This document shows, one piece after another, positions 58,934-64,000 of a stretch of DNA of 64,000 nt; the first letter of the stretch is position 1, and the number at the start of each line of letters is the position of its first letter. A program made the translations under genes and the position numbers. Source of the DNA: an uncultured Candidatus Binatia bacterium (GTDB lineage: Bacteria; Desulfobacterota; Binatia; Bin18); the NCBI GenBank assembly GCA_965214605.1, contig OZ243961.1, positions 1,103,008 to 1,167,007 on the forward strand, in the 5' to 3' direction. The notes beneath the pieces were generated by a model that was not told where the DNA came from, made no database searches, and saw nothing but the letters and a program-made list of their open reading frames with translations.

Positions 58934-59491
58934 TCAGCCAACGCGAGTTTGTCGCTCACGACCAAGGGTCACGATCCGCAACGTCCCGTCAACCTGTTCG
59001 AGCACCGTACAGGAGCAGTGATCCGGTTCAAAACACACCATCCGCTCATCTTTCCTCGCCACCCCCACCGCAGCATTGATGGCCACAAAATGGGTCGTGA
59101 TCAAGCTCGACGTTTGTAGGCTGCACAGAAAAGCGACCAGGTGCTCCTTCCAGTCCTGATAGAACTGCGGCAGGTCACTCCAGCGGCCGCGCAAGGCGCG
59201 GCGAATCCAGGCCGCGCGTTCGGCAAGATCTTGGCCAGGCGAAGGAATTTCGGCCACCACAGGCTCAATCCGCGCCTCACACTTCCACCTCCTCTCAAAC
59301 GGAACGGCGGTATCGCGGGCGCGCTGCAGCGGACTGCTAATCAGAGACAGGCGGCCGAGCGGTTCGAGCCGTTTTGCCAGGGCTGCTGCCTGGCGGTGTC
59401 CAAGCTCATTGAGTCCAGGGTCTGGATCTTCCCCAAATCCGGCTTGAGGCTGGCCGTGGCGGACGAGGTAGAGTTTGGGAGAAGACGGCAT
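58934..59491 (-). CDS. Histidine-phosphatase (phosphoglycerate-mutase-like) family protein
   Basis: LYLVRHGQ catalytic RHG motif. The start is set at the internal Met (MPSSPKLY...). Confidence 0.75.
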   Translation of the reverse strand: MPSSPKLYLVRHGQPQAGFGEDPDPGLNELGHRQAAALAKRLEPLGRLSLISSPLQRARDTAVPFERRWKCEARIEPVVAEIPSPGQDLAERAAWIRRALRGRWSDLPQFYQDWKEHLVAFLCSLQTSSLITTHFVAINAAVGVARKDERMVCFEPDHCSCTVLEQVDGTLRIVTLGRERQTRVG

Positions 59492-60464
59492 CGTGTATTC
59501 CTTTCGTGCCAAAAAATGGGCAGCCATGTTGCTTTTCGGGGGAGGGTGAGAACCTCTTGTTCGGCCTTAGAGTTATCCACTAGGTGGCTCAGCAAGGATA
59601 CTTTTGCCTAAAAAATCAGGGCCAGATGGCCGCTTCAGGGCCCTCCCCAGTGCAGGTACTCCAGTGTGGCACGATACATGCCTTTTCTCTACTGTACGAT
59701 GCCTCCACACTCACCCGGCAGGACAGGGAGAGACCATGTATGACGCATGGGAGGGCTGGCTATGCCCGGGGGGTGACGCAATGTTCCCTCCTGAGGGGAC
59801 ACCGCGGCCAGCTGCAGAATTACTGCCGGAAAAGATTCAAGGTCTGCCCGATGGAGAAATTCTCCGTCTGCAGGAAGCGGCCGAAGGCACTCTGCTGAAT
59901 ATGGGATTCACCTCATAGCAGCTATAGCGACGGGACTGGGATGGAAAAAATCGGGCCGTTTGATCCACTGCCACGGATCATTGACGCACCGGAGCGGGCG
60001 GACATGGGTTGAGCGTGGCCTCAAGCAGCGCCGACAGACCCTAAAACTTTTCATCGACGCTATTTACCACGACTCAAAAATCTTCAAGGACAGCGTTATC
60101 CTCGAAGAGACTGTTCGGCCACCAGGGTTCGCCCCTCGTGTGTCAGCCTTGATCCCTCGTGAGACCTGGGGTGCCATATTACTGTCACCGAATCCGAGAC
60201 CGCGACAGCCAAATCTCCATCTTGGAAGATAACCTTCGCTGCCCATCCGAGGCCTCCTAGGGACTTCACTGACAGCCCATGAAGCGGACCTTCCCTTGGT
60301 CTTTGAAGCCTCTCAGAGCCGCCCGGTTGGGACTTACCCGGACCGCCCCGCTGTCCTTAGCCCCAGGCTCGCCTGAACACGCAAACGGTCGCAGCGGTGC
60401 TCCAACTCAGCCTCTTTTGAGTCTTCGTTTCCAGCTTAGCAAACGGGTGTTGAGTCGGGCGAGA

Positions 60465-60475
60465 GGGGGGGGGGG
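60465..60475. repeat. 11-bp poly-G homopolymer, intergenic
   Basis: Read directly from the sequence. It lies in a region about 600 bp long with no convincing gene. Confidence 0.9.
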
Positions 60476-60812
60476 ACAGCCAACGGATTTGTCCAAACGC
60501 GAACGCCCCTAGGGAGCGAGCGTGTTGTCTTGCCGGATTGATGATGATTTTCTTGATCCAAAGGGCGGGGCTGACTCAATGTCCGGCATCCTGGGCATCA
60601 TGGATGTCTACAAAGCTGGCCCCATCGGTCGACGCCTCCGGCACGGACATTACCGACGAGAAGGTCATCTGCGGCTATGTACAATCTGTCTGTGTCGGGA
60701 AGCCTCTAAATCGCCACTGCGCCTTGGAGCATTTTGAGCAGGATCGAAGAGGGCATAGTTTGCTGTCTAGGCCAATTGGCGGATCTATCCCAGCAGCCGG
60801 GGGATTGGCCGA

Positions 60813-61697
60813 TTAGGCCCGTTTTGCCTCGACCGCCACCTCCAGACTATGCGTCCCACCACCGAAGGCCACCCCTTTTAAGGGCGTCACATCGCTGTAA
60901 TCTCGACCCCAGGCCAGGACGACATGTTGGTCGGTTGGAATCAGGTTATTGGTCGGATCAAAATCCACCCAGCCCTGACCAGGGCTGTAGACCGACACCC
61001 AGGCGTGGGAAGCCGCGGCTCCAATCAAGGACGCCGAGTTAGCCTGGCCAGACGCTGGCACGGTTTCGAGATAGCCGCTGACATAGCGGGCGGCCAGGCC
61101 TAAGGATCGAAGACACGCAATAGCCAGCTGAGCATAATCCTGACACACCCCCCGGCGATGGGACAAGACCTCGTAGACCGAAGTCGCCGCGTTGGTGAAG
61201 TCAGGGTCATAGGTCAGGTCGTGATATATGCGCTCCATCAGCTCGCGGACCGCTTTGAGCAGGCAGCGTCCAGACGAGAACGACGGGGCGGCATATTCGG
61301 CAAAAGCCGAGGCGGCAGCGATCATTGGAGAGTCCAAAACAAATTGACGGGCGGTCAGCTGCTCCGGGGCGAGATTGTGGAGCAGATCCCGGCCGACTTC
61401 CTCCCAGGCCAGCGAAGCCTCCAACGGGGGAGACGCAACAGGACTGAGCAGCACCGTGCTCGACGCGCTTACCTCAAGCACGGTATGAGATTCCTGGATC
61501 GCAAAGTAGACCACCCGGTTGCCAAAAAAATCCTCACGTTCCTGATACACCGTCGGGACCGGATTGATCCGGAGTTGGCTGGTCTGACACTGTTGGCGCT
61601 CAAAAGAGCGCGGCAACAGATAGGCTTCATTCTGACAGTGCGAGACCGGCAGACTATAGCGATAGCGGGTCGTATGGAGGACGGTGTAGGGAATCAT
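60813..61697 (-). CDS. Transglutaminase-like cysteine-protease-fold protein
   Basis: Catalytic Cys region GVCQDYAQLAIACLRSLG. His/Asp region SHAWVSVY...WVDFDPTN. N-terminal Bact_transglu_N-like segment. Confidence 0.8.
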   Translation of the reverse strand: MIPYTVLHTTRYRYSLPVSHCQNEAYLLPRSFERQQCQTSQLRINPVPTVYQEREDFFGNRVVYFAIQESHTVLEVSASSTVLLSPVASPPLEASLAWEEVGRDLLHNLAPEQLTARQFVLDSPMIAAASAFAEYAAPSFSSGRCLLKAVRELMERIYHDLTYDPDFTNAATSVYEVLSHRRGVCQDYAQLAIACLRSLGLAARYVSGYLETVPASGQANSASLIGAAASHAWVSVYSPGQGWVDFDPTNNLIPTDQHVVLAWGRDYSDVTPLKGVAFGGGTHSLEVAVEAKRA

Positions 61698-64000
61698 ATC
61701 CGATGTCCCATCAATTGTTGTTGGGCTTCGATATGGCTGAAGTAGGTCTGACTCAGGGCGTCGGAAAGGGCTAGCAGAAAGGCTCCGAGCTGGGCAAACA
61801 GTTCGTCTAGCTTTTCATACACCGGCTCTTCCCACACCGTCTGCGACAGCCCCTCAATATCCGTTGTGCGCAGCTTGGTCAGGGCTTGCAGCGCGAGGCG
61901 CTGGACCGGGCTGCGGTGCGGCAAGCTGGCCTTGCGAGGCAAGCGCTCGGCATGCTCCTGGAGGCGGACGAGCTGATAGCCGAGCGAGCGGGGGTTGCTC
62001 TCATCGTGCAATAACAGGTCGAGCACAGCCTGGGCGTCTATCTGGCTGTAATAGCGCCGCCGATAGGTCCGTCGGCTGTCGGTCATGGTCAGCACCACCT
62101 CCCACAGGCCACTCTGACCGCCAGTTGTCATCTCGCAGGCGATATGCAGCAGACTGATGGAGTGCAGGGCACGTTCCAGCCGCCGGCCCATCTCCAGAAA
62201 TCGAAAACCTTGGCCCCGGATCATGTTTTCAGCCATCAGCCCGGTAAAGGCGGCCAGCCCGGCGATCACCCGAGACAGGCTTTGCAAGGTCTGCTCCAGG
62301 CTCAGCCCCGAGGAGAGATCCCGGTCAAGCGTGTGCAGCATCCGGACCGTATCGTCGGATAGACGATCACGGACTGTCCGCTCGGCCTGCAACAGGGCGT
62401 CAAGCGTAAAACGCAAACTGCCCGGGCGCGTCGGCTCAAGGATGACCGCCAGCAGCTCGGGCTCGTCAGCCACCAACCGCCGGTTGACGCCATGGCTCAC
62501 CAGGTGCAGATAAGTCACTGCTTGATGGGTCACCGCGGACAACAATCCCGGCAAATAGGTATCATGATGGACGACCTCGGTGTCCAGCAGACGCGACAAC
62601 ATCTCCCGATACACTCGGGCGCTGCTCTCCATGCGCTCGGTATAGCGTCCGAGCCAAAACAGATTATCGGCCACTCGGCTCGGAATCTCTCCGCCACTCC
62701 GTGTCAGGGCAACCGGCCGCTCGGTCGAGGGCAACAGACTCACTGTCTGTTCGGGCTCTGAGGCCAAGACCCAGATATCCTTACTCACCCCGCTATCGTG
62801 ACTCGACACCTGCCAGACATCCGGGTCGGGCGCCACCCGCGCCAGCCCACCTGGCATCACCACATAACCATCGTTCCGCGCCACCAAAAAACTGCGCAAC
62901 ATCAGGGGACGCGGTGCCAGTCTCCCATCCACAAAAGTCGGGGCGGTGGACACCGTAATCGGCTCTTGAGCAACGTAACGGTGCGGCTGAGCTTTGATGC
63001 GGGCCATGAGGGCTTCTCGCTCGGCCGCGGACAGCTGAGCACCAAAGACAGCTTCAGAGCCGGCATGCGGAACGGTCGGTTTAATCACCAGACGCTCCAG
63101 ATGGGCTAGCACATAGCGCCGCTCCTCCTCCCCACCACACCACCAAGTGGCAACAGACGGCAGGTGCAAATCCTGTCCCAGGAGTTCTCTGCAGAGGACC
63201 GGCAAAAAGGCCAGCAGACCAGGATTTTCGAGGATGCCGACGCCCAGCGGATTGGCAACTACGGTCTGATGCGTGCGCGTCACTTGGACCAGCCCAGGGA
63301 TGCCCAGCAGCGAGTCTTTGCACAGCTCCAGCGGATCACAAAACGTATCGTCAACCCGCCGCAATACGGCGTCAACCCGCTGGAGGCCGTCCAGGGTTTT
63401 GAGCCACAGACACCCGTCTCGGACGGTCAAATCGCTCCCCTGGGCCAAGGTGTAGTCGAGGTATTGGGCGACATAAGCGTGTTCAAAATAGGCCGCGTTC
63501 CCCGGCCCCGGCGTCAACAACACAGTCCGGCCCGGCTCCTCTCGGTGGGGGACTAGGGTGGCCAGGGAGCTGCGCAAGGCCCGAAAATACAGGGCCAAGC
63601 GATGGACATGGGCATCACGGTACAAACTCGGAAAGACCCGCGATAGGGTCAGTCGGTTCTCCAGGGCATAGCCGGCACCTGAGGGCGCTTGGGTCCGGTC
63701 GTCAATGATCCGTATACTGCCGTCACGGGAGCGGACAAAATCAGCCGCATAGGAAAACAGAAAACGCCCGGACGGCGGACTGATAGTGACACAGGCGCGT
63801 AAAAATCCGGGATGGCTATAGATCAAATCAAGCGGCAAGAAGCCCTGTCTGACAAGTTTCTGTGGGCCATACAGGTCGGCCAGAATAAGATTATACAGCT
63901 CAGCGCGCTGAATCAGACCGCGTTCAATACCGCTCCACTCCTGGCTAGTCAGCAGGACCGGGATCAGATCAAGCGCCCACGGCCGCTCCCCGCCTCGAGT
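61694..64000 (-). CDS. Circularly permuted ATP-grasp (type 2) fused to an alpha-E domain. The 5' end lies beyond the window.
   Basis: The CP ATP-grasp region carries VATWWCGGEEE and LVIKPT. The C-terminal alpha-E domain carries NLFWLGRYTER. The reading frame stays open upstream of the listed Met (...ADLYGPQKLVRQG-MPLDL) to the window edge. A 4-nt overlap links it to the transglutaminase-like gene. Confidence 0.75.
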   Translation of the reverse strand, partial: TRGGERPWALDLIPVLLTSQEWSGIERGLIQRAELYNLILADLYGPQKLVRQGFLPLDLIYSHPGFLRACVTISPPSGRFLFSYAADFVRSRDGSIRIIDDRTQAPSGAGYALENRLTLSRVFPSLYRDAHVHRLALYFRALRSSLATLVPHREEPGRTVLLTPGPGNAAYFEHAYVAQYLDYTLAQGSDLTVRDGCLWLKTLDGLQRVDAVLRRVDDTFCDPLELCKDSLLGIPGLVQVTRTHQTVVANPLGVGILENPGLLAFLPVLCRELLGQDLHLPSVATWWCGGEEERRYVLAHLERLVIKPTVPHAGSEAVFGAQLSAAEREALMARIKAQPHRYVAQEPITVSTAPTFVDGRLAPRPLMLRSFLVARNDGYVVMPGGLARVAPDPDVWQVSSHDSGVSKDIWVLASEPEQTVSLLPSTERPVALTRSGGEIPSRVADNLFWLGRYTERMESSARVYREMLSRLLDTEVVHHDTYLPGLLSAVTHQAVTYLHLVSHGVNRRLVADEPELLAVILEPTRPGSLRFTLDALLQAERTVRDRLSDDTVRMLHTLDRDLSSGLSLEQTLQSLSRVIAGLAAFTGLMAENMIRGQGFRFLEMGRRLERALHSISLLHIACEMTTGGQSGLWEVVLTMTDSRRTYRRRYYSQIDAQAVLDLLLHDESNPRSLGYQLVRLQEHAERLPRKASLPHRSPVQRLALQALTKLRTTDIEGLSQTVWEEPVYEKLDELFAQLGAFLLALSDALSQTYFSHIEAQQQLMGHRI

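Overview
A 64 kb, high-GC (about 60%) bacterial chromosomal segment, densely coding on both strands. On composition and gene content it most resembles a Terrabacteria-type genome (Chloroflexota- or Actinobacteria-like); this is inference only. All gene calls rest on reading the six-frame translations; no database search was run.

Housekeeping content:
- F420 cofactor biosynthesis genes cofG-cofH-cofD-cofE.
- The cyclic-di-AMP module cdaA-cdaR-glmM, flanked by ftsH and tilS.
- Aspartokinase next to citramalate synthase.
- tsaE, nnr, apt, def, rdgB, a Mug-family DNA glycosylase and a squalene/phytoene-synthase-family gene.
- A five-component peptide/nickel-type ABC importer and an MFS transporter.
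- A tRNA with anticodon CAT.

More unusual content:
1. A self-contained Hsp70 module (1858-7304): a large alpha-helical protein of unknown function, a J-domain protein with a degenerate HPD motif, a GrpE-like exchange factor, an Hsp70 paralog and a zinc-ribbon protein. The genes are translationally coupled.
2. A hydantoinase A / beta-carbonic anhydrase / hydantoinase B / SDR reductase / MFS operon (14281-21501) that looks like an undescribed ATP-dependent carboxylase system.
3. A roughly 1.9 kb very-high-GC two-gene cassette (HTTM-like membrane domain fused to a DCC thiol-disulfide oxidoreductase domain) flanked by low-GC non-coding DNA. It contains a 14-G homopolymer.
4. Tandem duplicated APH-family kinases followed by a histidine-phosphatase gene.
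5. A circularly-permuted ATP-grasp fused to an alpha-E domain, next to a transglutaminase-like gene, running off the window edge.
6. Two low-GC inserts that no confident gene explains: one splits the ABC operon, one lies upstream of cofG.
7. Several long G/C homopolymer tracts.
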